Shown piece after piece: positions 1-6,312 of a stretch of 8,271 bases of DNA. Under the pieces are notes generated by a model. The model was not told where the DNA came from and ran no database searches. It was given only the letters and a program-made list of their open reading frames with translations. The translations under genes were made by a program, and so were the position numbers. Source of the stretch: an uncultured Gammaproteobacteria bacterium (GTDB lineage: Bacteria > Patescibacteriota > Patescibacteriia > UBA2591 > UBA6264). How positions within the stretch are numbered: position 1 is the first letter of the stretch; each line of letters begins with the position of its first letter. Location: the NCBI GenBank assembly GCA_964617525.1, contig CAZTWG010000003.1, positions 16,402 through 24,672 on the forward strand, in the 5' to 3' direction.

Positions 1-2013
1 AATTTTTTAGCTAAAGGATTTGTTTCTTTATTTGGTTGGGTTGCATGGATATTTCCAGCATTTTTATTAATACTTGCTTATTTATTTTTAAATTATTTTA
101 AAATTCAAAATAAACAGAGAAAGTTTAGCATCAGAGTCTTTAGTTTATTTTTACTGCTTTTAATCTGTTCTGGGCTTATGCACCTTAGTTTTGTTTCTGA
201 CCCAACTGCTTTAAGTTTGCACAAGGGCGGGGGATATATTGGTTATGCCCTTAGCTATTCTCTTGTAAATATTTTTGGGACTTTGGCGACTACATTGATT
301 TTTGTTTGTATTTTTTTAGTGGCCTTGATTGTTATTTTTGAAGGTTTGATAAAAGTCAATTTTTCAAAAAATCATTTTTTAAATAAAATTCAAAAAGAGG
401 CCGAGGGAGAAAAAGAAGAAATAATAACCGAAGAGAAGCCTAAGAATAAATTCCGCAAAAAGATTTTTGCTCCCCTGAAAAGAATATCTGAAGAAATAGA
501 AGCAGCTGATTCTAAGCTATCTGAAAAACCGTCCAACATAAGAAAGGAGGATCTAGGGATAACGGTTCCCTCTTATAAAAGTTTTCCTAAGGTTGACTTA
601 CCACTTAATTTATTAGAAAGTGATTCTACCAAGGCTCATGGCGGAGATACCAAAGCAAATGCTTCTATTATTAGAAGAACTTTAGAAAGTTTTTCAATTC
701 CAGTTGAGATGAAAGAAGTAAAAGTAGGGCCTACTGTAACGCAATATACCCTTAAGCCAGCAGAAGGAGTGAAGCTTTCTCAGATTACTAGCTTAAGCAA
801 TGATTTAGCTTTATCATTAGCAGCTCATCCTATTCGTATTGAAGCTCCTATTCCGGGCAAATCATTGGTTGGCGTTGAGGTCCCTAATCAAAAAACAGCT
901 ATTATTCGTTTAAGAGAAATTTTGAGTAGTAGTGCATTTAAACAAAGAAAAAGTAATTTAACTTTAGGTTTGGGAAGAAATGTAGCTGGGGAGATTTGCT
1001 TAGCTGATTTATCTCGTATGCCCCACCTATTAGTAGCAGGGGCAACTGGCTCTGGTAAAACTATATTTTTAAATACTATAATTATTAGCTTGCTTTATCA
1101 GAACTCCATTGATGACTTGAAGTTTATTTTTATTGATCCTAAGCGCGTAGAATTGACTCTTTATAATGGGTTGCCCCATTTATTGACTCCAGTTATTACG
1201 GACGTTACGAAGACCATTAATGCTCTTAAATGGTCTATCGGCGAGATGGACCGACGCTTTGATGTTATGGCTGAAGCAAAAAAGAGAGACATTTCTAGTT
1301 ATAATATTGCTAACCCCGACAATAAATTGCCATATATTGTTATTGTTATTGACGAATTAGCAGATTTAATGGCTGTCGCCGCTCAAGATATGGAGGCCTG
1401 TATTATTAGATTAGCTCAAATGGCTAGAGCAGTTGGGATACATCTAATTATGGCGACGCAAAGGCCATCAGTTGATGTTATTACTGGTTTAATTAAGGCA
1501 AATATTACGGCTCGAGTGGCTTTTTCGGTTGTTTCTAGCGCAGATTCTCGCACGATACTAGATTTCTCTGGAGCAGAAAAATTATTAGGTAGAGGGGATA
1601 TGCTTTTTACTTCTGCTGAATTATCTAAACCAAAGAGAATACAGGGAGCTTATGTTTCTGATGGTGAAATTAAAGGGATAGTTGATTATTTAAAAAATAT
1701 AGCAGAACCCAATTATGAAGAGAGTATTGTTGACTCGCATTCGTCTTTATCTGATAGTAAGTTTGGAAACTTGCAGGAAGATGAACTATTACCTCAAGCT
1801 AGAGAAACAATTATTAGGGCTGGTAAGGCTTCGGCCTCTTTCTTACAAAGAAGACTAAGGGTTGGTTATGCTAGGGCAGCGCGCCTTTTAGATTTATTAG
1901 AAGAAGAGGGGACTATCGGTCCGGCAGATGGAGCTAAGCCTCGTGAAGTTTACAAAAAACCATATGAAGAAAGCGGAGAGTCTGAAGAACGCACATTTGA
2001 TAATGACCTATAA
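1..2013 (+). CDS. ftsK: DNA translocase FtsK/SpoIIIE, 5'-partial (gene begins upstream of the window)
   Basis: Frame 1 has no stop from nt 1 to Met178. The extra residues (NFLAKGFVSLFGWVAWIFPAFLLILAYLFLNYF...FSLFLLLLICSGL) are hydrophobic like the FtsK N-terminal membrane domain, so Met178 is internal. Motor domain has Walker A LLVAGATGSGKT, Walker B YIVIVIDELADL and ATQRPSVDVITG. C-terminal gamma winged helix is ASASFLQRRLRVGYARAARLLDLLEEEG. Stop TAA at 2011-2013. Confidence 0.96.
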   Translation, partial: NFLAKGFVSLFGWVAWIFPAFLLILAYLFLNYFKIQNKQRKFSIRVFSLFLLLLICSGLMHLSFVSDPTALSLHKGGGYIGYALSYSLVNIFGTLATTLIFVCIFLVALIVIFEGLIKVNFSKNHFLNKIQKEAEGEKEEIITEEKPKNKFRKKIFAPLKRISEEIEAADSKLSEKPSNIRKEDLGITVPSYKSFPKVDLPLNLLESDSTKAHGGDTKANASIIRRTLESFSIPVEMKEVKVGPTVTQYTLKPAEGVKLSQITSLSNDLALSLAAHPIRIEAPIPGKSLVGVEVPNQKTAIIRLREILSSSAFKQRKSNLTLGLGRNVAGEICLADLSRMPHLLVAGATGSGKTIFLNTIIISLLYQNSIDDLKFIFIDPKRVELTLYNGLPHLLTPVITDVTKTINALKWSIGEMDRRFDVMAEAKKRDISSYNIANPDNKLPYIVIVIDELADLMAVAAQDMEACIIRLAQMARAVGIHLIMATQRPSVDVITGLIKANITARVAFSVVSSADSRTILDFSGAEKLLGRGDMLFTSAELSKPKRIQGAYVSDGEIKGIVDYLKNIAEPNYEESIVDSHSSLSDSKFGNLQEDELLPQARETIIRAGKASASFLQRRLRVGYARAARLLDLLEEEGTIGPADGAKPREVYKKPYEESGESEERTFDNDL

Positions 2014-2017
2014 TTAA

Positions 2018-2046
2018 ATTAACCTAATTGTCCTAATTAACCTAAT
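2018..2046. repeat. 11-bp direct repeat ATTAACCTAAT (2018-2028 and 2036-2046) with CCTAAT recurring every 9 bp (2023, 2032, 2041)
   Basis: Read directly from sequence just after the ftsK stop. A related CTAATTG occurs again at 2074-2080. Confidence 0.8.
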
Positions 2047-2084
2047 AAACAACCAATACTCGAAAACATTGGGCTAATTGTTGA

Positions 2085-2108
2085 TTGCTGATTGTCAGCA
2101 AATTTTTT
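2085..2108 (+). terminator. Candidate weak intrinsic terminator of ftsK
   Basis: Stem TTGCTGA (2085-2091), loop TTG, stem TCAGCAA (2095-2101), then A plus TTTTTT (2103-2108). The stem is only 7 bp and AT-rich, so the call is tentative. Confidence 0.4.
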
Positions 2109-2136
2109 AACAATTAACAATTAACAATTAACAATT
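2107..2136. repeat. Tandem heptamer repeat (TTAACAA) x4 plus partial copy, ending 7 nt before the ATG at 2144
   Basis: Perfect copies at 2107-2113, 2114-2120, 2121-2127 and 2128-2134, followed by TT. Confidence 0.9.
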
Positions 2137-2143
2137 CTTATTT

Positions 2144-2791
2144 ATGTTTTTATCTAAATCAATACACCAAAATACTATTGGTGGTATTTTGAGGGAAGCA
2201 AGGCAAGGCCATAAATGGACATTAAAAGATGCTGAAAAAAAGACTGGAATTGATAAAAAATATCTGGAATATCTAGAGGCAGATGATTTTTATAAACTAC
2301 CAGGGTCTACTTATACCAAGGGCTTTTTGGAACGATATGCTGAATTTTTGAGATTAAATCCTTCTAAAATAATTGAAAAATGGCGGAAAGAATTTAGCCA
2401 AAATTCAGGAGCCAAAATTCCTAATATCCTTGGTGTTAAAAATAGACCTCACAGCATTTTTGACATTAAGATTTATTTTATTGGAATTCTCATTTTAATA
2501 ATGTTTTTATATATTGGTTTTAGTGTTAAAAGAGTTCTTTTTACTTCTGATTTAGAGATTCTAAACCCTCCGCATGATTTAGTAACTACAGAGTCTAGCA
2601 TAATAATTATTGGTCGTGTTGATTTGGGCGCGGATGTTTTTATAAACGACCAGCCAATTAAACAGATTAGTGAAGGAAATTTTAAACAGGAAATAAAATT
2701 ATCACCTGGTTTAAATACAATTAAGGTCTCTGCTAAGAAAAAGTATTCCAAAGAGAAAACAATTTTCCGTCAAATAATTTTAGAAAAATAA
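2144..2791 (+). CDS. RodZ-like cytoskeleton/morphogenesis protein: N-terminal Xre-type HTH, one TM helix, extracytoplasmic beta-rich domain
   Basis: N-terminus IGGILREARQGHKWTLKDAEKKTGIDKKYLEYLEADDFYKLPGSTYTKGFLERYAEFLRLNP follows the RodZ HTH pattern (L..aR...g.sl.d....t.i....l.alE...f..lP...y.rGflr.Ya..L.l.). TM segment is IKIYFIGILILIMFLYIGFSV. C-terminal part (LNPPHDLVTTESSIIIIGRVDLGADVFINDQPIKQISEGNFKQEIKLSPGLNTIKV) looks like a beta-sandwich. Its position between ftsK and recA matches Firmicutes-type synteny. Confidence 0.75.
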   Translation: MFLSKSIHQNTIGGILREARQGHKWTLKDAEKKTGIDKKYLEYLEADDFYKLPGSTYTKGFLERYAEFLRLNPSKIIEKWRKEFSQNSGAKIPNILGVKNRPHSIFDIKIYFIGILILIMFLYIGFSVKRVLFTSDLEILNPPHDLVTTESSIIIIGRVDLGADVFINDQPIKQISEGNFKQEIKLSPGLNTIKVSAKKKYSKEKTIFRQIILEK

Positions 2792-2803
2792 TACATTAAA
2801 AAT

Positions 2804-3826
2804 ATGGTTTCAAAAACAAAAGAAGAAAAGGTACTTACCGATCGCCAAAAGGCGACAGAAGTTGCTATAAGCCAAATTAAAGAAAGATTTGGAGAGGGCT
2901 CTATAATGAGATTGAAGGAAGCTAAAAAGATGGAGGTTGAATCTATTCCTACTGGATGTCTTTCTTTGGATTTAGCCTTAGGTATAGGGGGTGTTCCTAA
3001 GGGCAGAGTTGTTGAAATATTTGGGAAAGAAATGAGCGGAAAAAGCACGTTAGCTCTTCATATAATTGCTCAATCACAAAAAAAGGGAGGAGTGGCTGCT
3101 TTTGTTGATGCTGAGCATGCTTTAGACCCAGAATATGCTAAAAAAATAGGAGTGAATACCAATGATTTGTTAATTTCTCAACCAGACACTGGCGAGCAGG
3201 CGTTAGAAATAGTAGAAACATTAGTGCGTTCTAATGGGATTGATGTTATTGTCATTGACTCGGTTGCTGCTTTAACTCCCAGAAAAGAAATCGAAGGGGA
3301 TATGGGCGATTCTCATATGGGATTACAGGCGCGTTTAATGAGTCAGGCGTTAAGAAAGTTAACAAGTATTGTTAGTAAAACAAATACATCAGTTATTTTT
3401 CTAAATCAAATCAGAATGAAGATAGGTGTGTTTTTTGGTAATCCAGAAACGACGACTGGCGGTTTAGCTTTAAAATTCTATTCTTCAGTTAGAATTGAGC
3501 TTAAACGTTTAGCTCAGATTAAAAAAGGAGAGGAAGTTATTGGGAACAAGGTTAAAGCTAAAATTGCCAAGAATAAAGTTGCTCCTCCATTCAAAACCTG
3601 TGAATTTGAAATTATGTATAATCAAGGGATTTCTTGGGAAGGAGATTTGCTTAATTTAGGAGCTAAATATGGTTTAGTCAAAAAATCAGGAAATACTTTG
3701 AGCTACGAAGGCACCAAACTTGGTGTTGGATGGGAGAGGTCAAAACAAGCATTAAAGGGTGATGCAAAATTATCAAAAGAATTAAGAAAAAAAATACTTC
3801 AGGCTATGAAAGATTCTAAAGAATAG
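2804..3826 (+). CDS. recA: Recombinase RecA
   Basis: Near-canonical RecA blocks: [112 protein letters not shown]. The P-loop reads GKEMSGKS (3023-3046), where typical RecA has GPESSGKT. Only 12 nt separate it from the RodZ-like stop, so it is probably co-transcribed. Stop TAG at 3824-3826. Confidence 0.98.
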   Translation: MVSKTKEEKVLTDRQKATEVAISQIKERFGEGSIMRLKEAKKMEVESIPTGCLSLDLALGIGGVPKGRVVEIFGKEMSGKSTLALHIIAQSQKKGGVAAFVDAEHALDPEYAKKIGVNTNDLLISQPDTGEQALEIVETLVRSNGIDVIVIDSVAALTPRKEIEGDMGDSHMGLQARLMSQALRKLTSIVSKTNTSVIFLNQIRMKIGVFFGNPETTTGGLALKFYSSVRIELKRLAQIKKGEEVIGNKVKAKIAKNKVAPPFKTCEFEIMYNQGISWEGDLLNLGAKYGLVKKSGNTLSYEGTKLGVGWERSKQALKGDAKLSKELRKKILQAMKDSKE

Positions 3827-3854
3827 GCAATAGAAGAAGTGTATTACATAAACA

Positions 3855-3885
3855 AAAAGTTTAGGAGCTAAGCTCCTAAACTTTT
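3855..3885. terminator. Bidirectional intrinsic terminator at the convergence of the plus and minus gene blocks
   Basis: Perfect 14-bp inverted repeat AAAAGTTTAGGAGC (3855-3868), TAA, GCTCCTAAACTTTT (3872-3885). It has an A-run on the left and a T-run (TTTTATT) on the right. It lies 29 nt after the recA stop and 21 nt after the HicA-like frame's stop on the opposite strand. Confidence 0.85.
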
Positions 3886-3905
3886 ATTATCTAAGTCTTT
3901 ATTGT

Positions 3906-4136
3906 CTACAATCTTTTTAAAATATCCAAGTATTCTTCAGATGATATGTTCAGAGTTCTTAAATTATTGCGAATTATGAAAATTGGTAGAGCAGTTTCTT
4001 TAGGGATTATAACAGGTCTTTTGAGTCCTTCTCTTTGATATATCCTATAGTCTCCTTCTTCCCTTTTAAGTAAACAGCCGACAAATAGAAGAAATTTGTC
4101 AAATTTTTTCTAATGTATTGGTTTTATCCGTGGCAT
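3906..4136 (-). pseudogene. HicA-like (YcfA family) toxin-type reading frame interrupted by an in-frame TAG at codon 9; not in the ORF track
   Basis: Hand translation of the minus strand from ATG 4136..4134 gives MPRIKPIH*KKFDKFLLFVGCLLKREEGDYRIYQREGLKRPVIIPKETALPIFIIRNNLRTLNISSEEYLDILKRL*. The internal TAG is at 4112..4110 and the final TAG at 3908..3906. The layout matches HicA proteins (MP.l..l..ke..k.L...GF...Rq.GSH......dgrr.tiP.H...l..gtlr.Il..lgis.eeFl..l). The usual GSH is GDY and the P.H histidine is E. The ATG is 1 nt after the stop of the upstream HicB-like gene. No ATG/GTG/TTG follows the TAG in frame. Confidence 0.6.
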
Positions 4137-4137
4137 A

Positions 4138-4413
4138 TTAAATTTTTAGAGCCATCTCAAAATCTTCTATCTTTTGAGAAATCATTGCTGGAGGCATCCA
4201 TTGTTTTTTAATCTTTTCCCACCCCAAATTTGACAAGACAGCATTTATGTCGCCTGATTTAATGATCTCTTCTAGGAATATTTCTACAAGCTCACTAAAT
4301 CTCTTTTTTACTTCACTATAACTTTTACCAGAGGTTGACATATCAAGCGCTGGGGTATAAGCAATAAAACTATCGCCTTCACGGAAGATAGATACTGGTA
4401 ATTTGGTTTTAAT
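4138..4413 (-). CDS. HicB-like (UPF0150/COG1598-type) antitoxin-fold protein; start uncertain (canonical ATG at 4341 gives 67 aa, ATT at 4413 gives 91 aa)
   Basis: The frame stays open upstream of ATG 4341 back to a TAA at 4419..4417 and encodes KIKTKLPVSIFREGDSFIAYTPALD before MSTSGKSYSEVKKRFSELVEIFLEE. Together this is the HicB N-terminal fold pattern (v.i..e.dg.y.A..P.l.g..t.G.t.eEa......a...le). The ATG-started product would lack the first beta strands. The only start-like codon in the extension is ATT (4413..4411). Confidence 0.65.
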   Translation of the reverse strand: MKTKLPVSIFREGDSFIAYTPALDMSTSGKSYSEVKKRFSELVEIFLEEIIKSGDINAVLSNLGWEKIKKQWMPPAMISQKIEDFEMALKI

Positions 4414-4519
4414 TTTTTATATTTAATTATTCTATTTTATTATAAGCAAAGCGAATAACAAGGTTCTAACGAAGTTAGGTTTTTATCTTACAATATGTCT
4501 TTAAAAGGGTCAACAAAAT

Positions 4520-4541
4520 AGATACAATTATTTTTGTATCT
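4520..4541 (-). terminator. Candidate weak terminator after the Wzz-like gene
   Basis: On the minus strand: AGATACA, 8-nt loop, TGTATCT, followed by ATTTTGTT. The stem is 7 bp and AT-rich and overlaps the stop codon. Confidence 0.3.
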
Positions 4542-5581
4542 TACGCTTTTTCTTTGCTAAAATATTCAGCGCCGAAAGCGTAGAGAATACCAATAAATAT
4601 TCCTAGAATACCAGCAATAAGCACGTTTTGCTTTCTTTTTGGAGCAATGCTTGTTTCTGGAGGAATCGCAAAGACTTCAACTTCTGTTGGTTTGGTTTCG
4701 TAAACTCTTTCGTATTCTTTCGCTTGGATTGATTGGTCTAGCGTGATTATCTTTTGTTCTAAGTCTAGTAATTGAGTTTCTTTGCTTTCTTTTTGGTTCT
4801 TGGTTTCAGCTAGGAGATTGATATAGCTTTCAGCTATTCTCCCTTGTCCTTCTGTATAAGCATTAGCTCTTTTCTTTATTTCTTCTTCATATTTTAAGAT
4901 ATCTGCATTTAAACGAGCAATATCATTAGTGGTTTTTTCGATATCTTTTTTAGTTTTTTCTTTACTTTTAACAATTGTTTCCATTTCAGCATTAAATGTT
5001 TTCTCTGCTTCAACAAAGATGTTCTTGTGATAAGTCAAAAGTATATCTGTTACAGCGTTAACAACTTCTACTGATTTTTCTGGAGTTTGGGCTCGTCCTA
5101 TAACTTCAATAAAAACAGAAGGGTCGCCGTTATTTTCTCCTTCCTTAATATCAAACATTTCATTAATAGCGCCAGTTGTTGTTGTCTCGTTGAGTTCTAA
5201 TGGTTCTTCTAGTTTTGCTCTTACTTGTCGCAAAACTGTTTCTCTGCTGAAAACGGACTTAATGTCATTTAAATTTTGTAGTTGTTCCCCTTTGATGCTT
5301 CCAATCTCCACCAAGTTGCTGGCTTGAAACGTTAAGGGTGTTGTAAAACTGATTATACCAGCGAGAACTACAGCAACTCCGAAGATGATGGCGATTTGCC
5401 ATTTTCTTTTTACAAGAACATTGATATAATCCTTTAAATCAATTTCATCTTCGTCTATATAGTGTTCGTGATATTCTTCATTTTTATTTTCTGGTTTTTC
5501 TTCTTTGGGAATATCTGAATGTTGATATCTATTTTGATTTAAATGGATATTGTCATATTTTTTGTTTTTGTTCTTTCCCAT
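4541..5581 (-). CDS. Wzz-like polysaccharide co-polymerase (chain-length determinant family), no kinase domain
   Basis: Wzz-type N-terminal motif and TM1: DEIDLKDYINVLVKRKWQIAIIFGVAVVLAGIISFTTPLTFQASNLVEI. Long coiled-coil middle: EAEKTFNAEMETIV...DIARLNADILKYEEEIKKRA...LLDLEQKIITLDQSIQAKE. C-terminal proline/TM2 motif: IAPKRKQNVLIAGILGIFIGILYAFGAEYF. This is the classic PCP topology. It is preceded by a charged tail of about 60 aa (MGKNKNKKYDN...EEYHEHYIDEDE). Confidence 0.75.
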   Translation of the reverse strand: MGKNKNKKYDNIHLNQNRYQHSDIPKEEKPENKNEEYHEHYIDEDEIDLKDYINVLVKRKWQIAIIFGVAVVLAGIISFTTPLTFQASNLVEIGSIKGEQLQNLNDIKSVFSRETVLRQVRAKLEEPLELNETTTTGAINEMFDIKEGENNGDPSVFIEVIGRAQTPEKSVEVVNAVTDILLTYHKNIFVEAEKTFNAEMETIVKSKEKTKKDIEKTTNDIARLNADILKYEEEIKKRANAYTEGQGRIAESYINLLAETKNQKESKETQLLDLEQKIITLDQSIQAKEYERVYETKPTEVEVFAIPPETSIAPKRKQNVLIAGILGIFIGILYAFGAEYFSKEKA

Positions 5582-5607
5582 AAAAATTAGTTGTTATTTA
5601 TTAAAAA

Positions 5608-5941
5608 TTAGTAGTTTCGTCTAGCTGCAAAATTAAAGGCATGGAAATAATTCTGCCATAATTTGTCAGACGAATTAAACTCATTATCAAACTTGAAATA
5701 GTCTATTAACGTCTCTCTCAGACGCGTCAGACCCCTTAAATGCTGTTTGTTCTTAATATCCTGCTATAGTTAAGTGCAGAAGCTCTAATGCGCGCTCAAA
5801 GGCTCTGTCGCTATACTCCTGTCTATTTTTGTTTTTCCATGTAATTGTTCTTCCGACCTCACTTCCTATATTAGCCATTTGCTCCAGAAATGTTAGTTTC
5901 TCCCATTTTCCAGAAGCTAATTGTTTGTGCTGATATTTCAT
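5608..5941 (-). pseudogene. Small all-helical conserved hypothetical protein (~110 aa) split by a 1-nt frame shift; the ORF track shows only the first 62 aa
   Basis: Frame A (5941..5756) gives MKYQHKQLASGKWEKLTFLEQMANIGSEVGRTITWKNKNRQEYSDRAFERALELLHLTIAGY, then TAA (5755..5753). Shifting +1 (AAG at 5754..5752) gives 48 more codons, KNKQHLRGLTRLRETLIDYFKFDNEFNSSDKLWQNYFHAFNFAARRNY, ending at TAA 5610..5608, 26 nt before the Wzz-like ATG. The combined length and the TIA..KNK..L..L.RLRE..DYF continuation match my recollection of a small helical family common in uncultivated bacteria, which I cannot name. Its ATG overlaps the upstream gene's stop (ATGA at 5941..5938). Confidence 0.6.
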
Positions 5942-6270
5942 TTTGTAATTAATTTATTAACTATTCTAATGATTAATTTTTGAGTTTCTAAGTTATCTAC
6001 TCCTCGGCTACAATTTTTTTGAGATGGACGTAAATTTATCATTGAATCAAACTCAATTAATTCTTCTTGATTGTCTGGATAAATATTGATTCTCCAAAGG
6101 TTTTCCTGTTTTGAGCCATTCTCAAGCAATAATGCTTCTTCATCAGAGTGTAATTCAGCATCAATAGCCATAATTTCTCTTTCAACATCAACTACAGATT
6201 TTACTAAATCGCCAAACATATTTTTGGCCATTTCTTTTAAATTCTGAATTGAAATTTTATCTTTTATAAT
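5938..6270 (-). CDS. DUF5674-like protein; start uncertain (ATG 6231 gives 97 aa; ATT 6270 or ATA 6267 gives about 110 aa)
   Basis: Core FGDLVKSVVDVEREIMAIDAELHSDEEALLLENGSKQENLWRINIYP...IEFDSMINLRPSQKNCSRGV resembles the DUF5674 family as I recall it. The frame is open upstream of ATG 6231 to TGA 6297..6295 and encodes YNKPSVWEIIKDKISIQNLKE. The segment IIKDKISIQNLKEMAKNMFGD looks like that family's usual N-terminus. There is no ATG/GTG/TTG in the extension. Confidence 0.6.
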   Translation of the reverse strand: MIKDKISIQNLKEMAKNMFGDLVKSVVDVEREIMAIDAELHSDEEALLLENGSKQENLWRINIYPDNQEELIEFDSMINLRPSQKNCSRGVDNLETQKLIIRIVNKLITK

Positions 6271-6312
6271 TTCCCAAACGCTTGGTTTATTGTATCACGA
6301 TGACCCCTTTTG

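Noticed and set aside
2473-2751. 92-aa ORF on the minus strand inside the RodZ-like gene
   Set aside because: It is entirely antisense to a gene with clear family features. The peptide is low-complexity (I/K/F rich) with no recognisable motif. Such ORFs are a typical artefact in AT-rich DNA.
2014-2803. Search for a LexA/SOS box controlling recA
   Set aside because: No GAAC-N4-GTTC or CTGT-N8-ACAG type palindrome was seen in the 12-nt rodZ-recA spacer or in the ftsK-rodZ spacer. I cannot exclude an unknown lineage-specific motif.
2770-3048. 92-aa ORF on the minus strand overlapping the recA 5' region
   Set aside because: It is antisense to the strongly conserved recA coding sequence and has no motif support.
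4110-4112. The in-frame TAG in the HicA-like frame as a reassigned sense codon (alternative genetic code or pyrrolysine)
   Set aside because: recA ends with TAG (3824-3826) at the normal RecA C-terminus, just before the terminator hairpin, and the HicA-like frame itself ends in TAG. TGA also behaves as a stop (Nudix and DUF5674-like genes), and all core genes have normal lengths under the standard bacterial code.
4439-4444. Perfect TATAAT (minus strand) about 26 nt upstream of the putative ATT start of the HicB-like gene
   Set aside because: No convincing -35 hexamer lies at 16-18 bp spacing, and TATAAT is expected by chance in DNA this AT-rich. It is left as an unconfirmed possibility.
4466-4486. 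Small hairpin CTAAC-gaa-GTTAG followed by GTTTTTA on the plus strand
   Set aside because: The stem is only 5 bp and no plus-strand gene ends nearby. It is noted only because it shares the pentamer half-sites of the 7083-7138 palindromes.
5750-5760. Programmed +1 ribosomal frameshift at TAT TAA G (prfB-like, stop codon in the A site)
   Set aside because: After a +1 slip, tRNA-Tyr would have to re-pair on AUU, which is a very poor match. No upstream SD-like stimulator is present. A simple 1-nt insertion or an assembly indel is more parsimonious.
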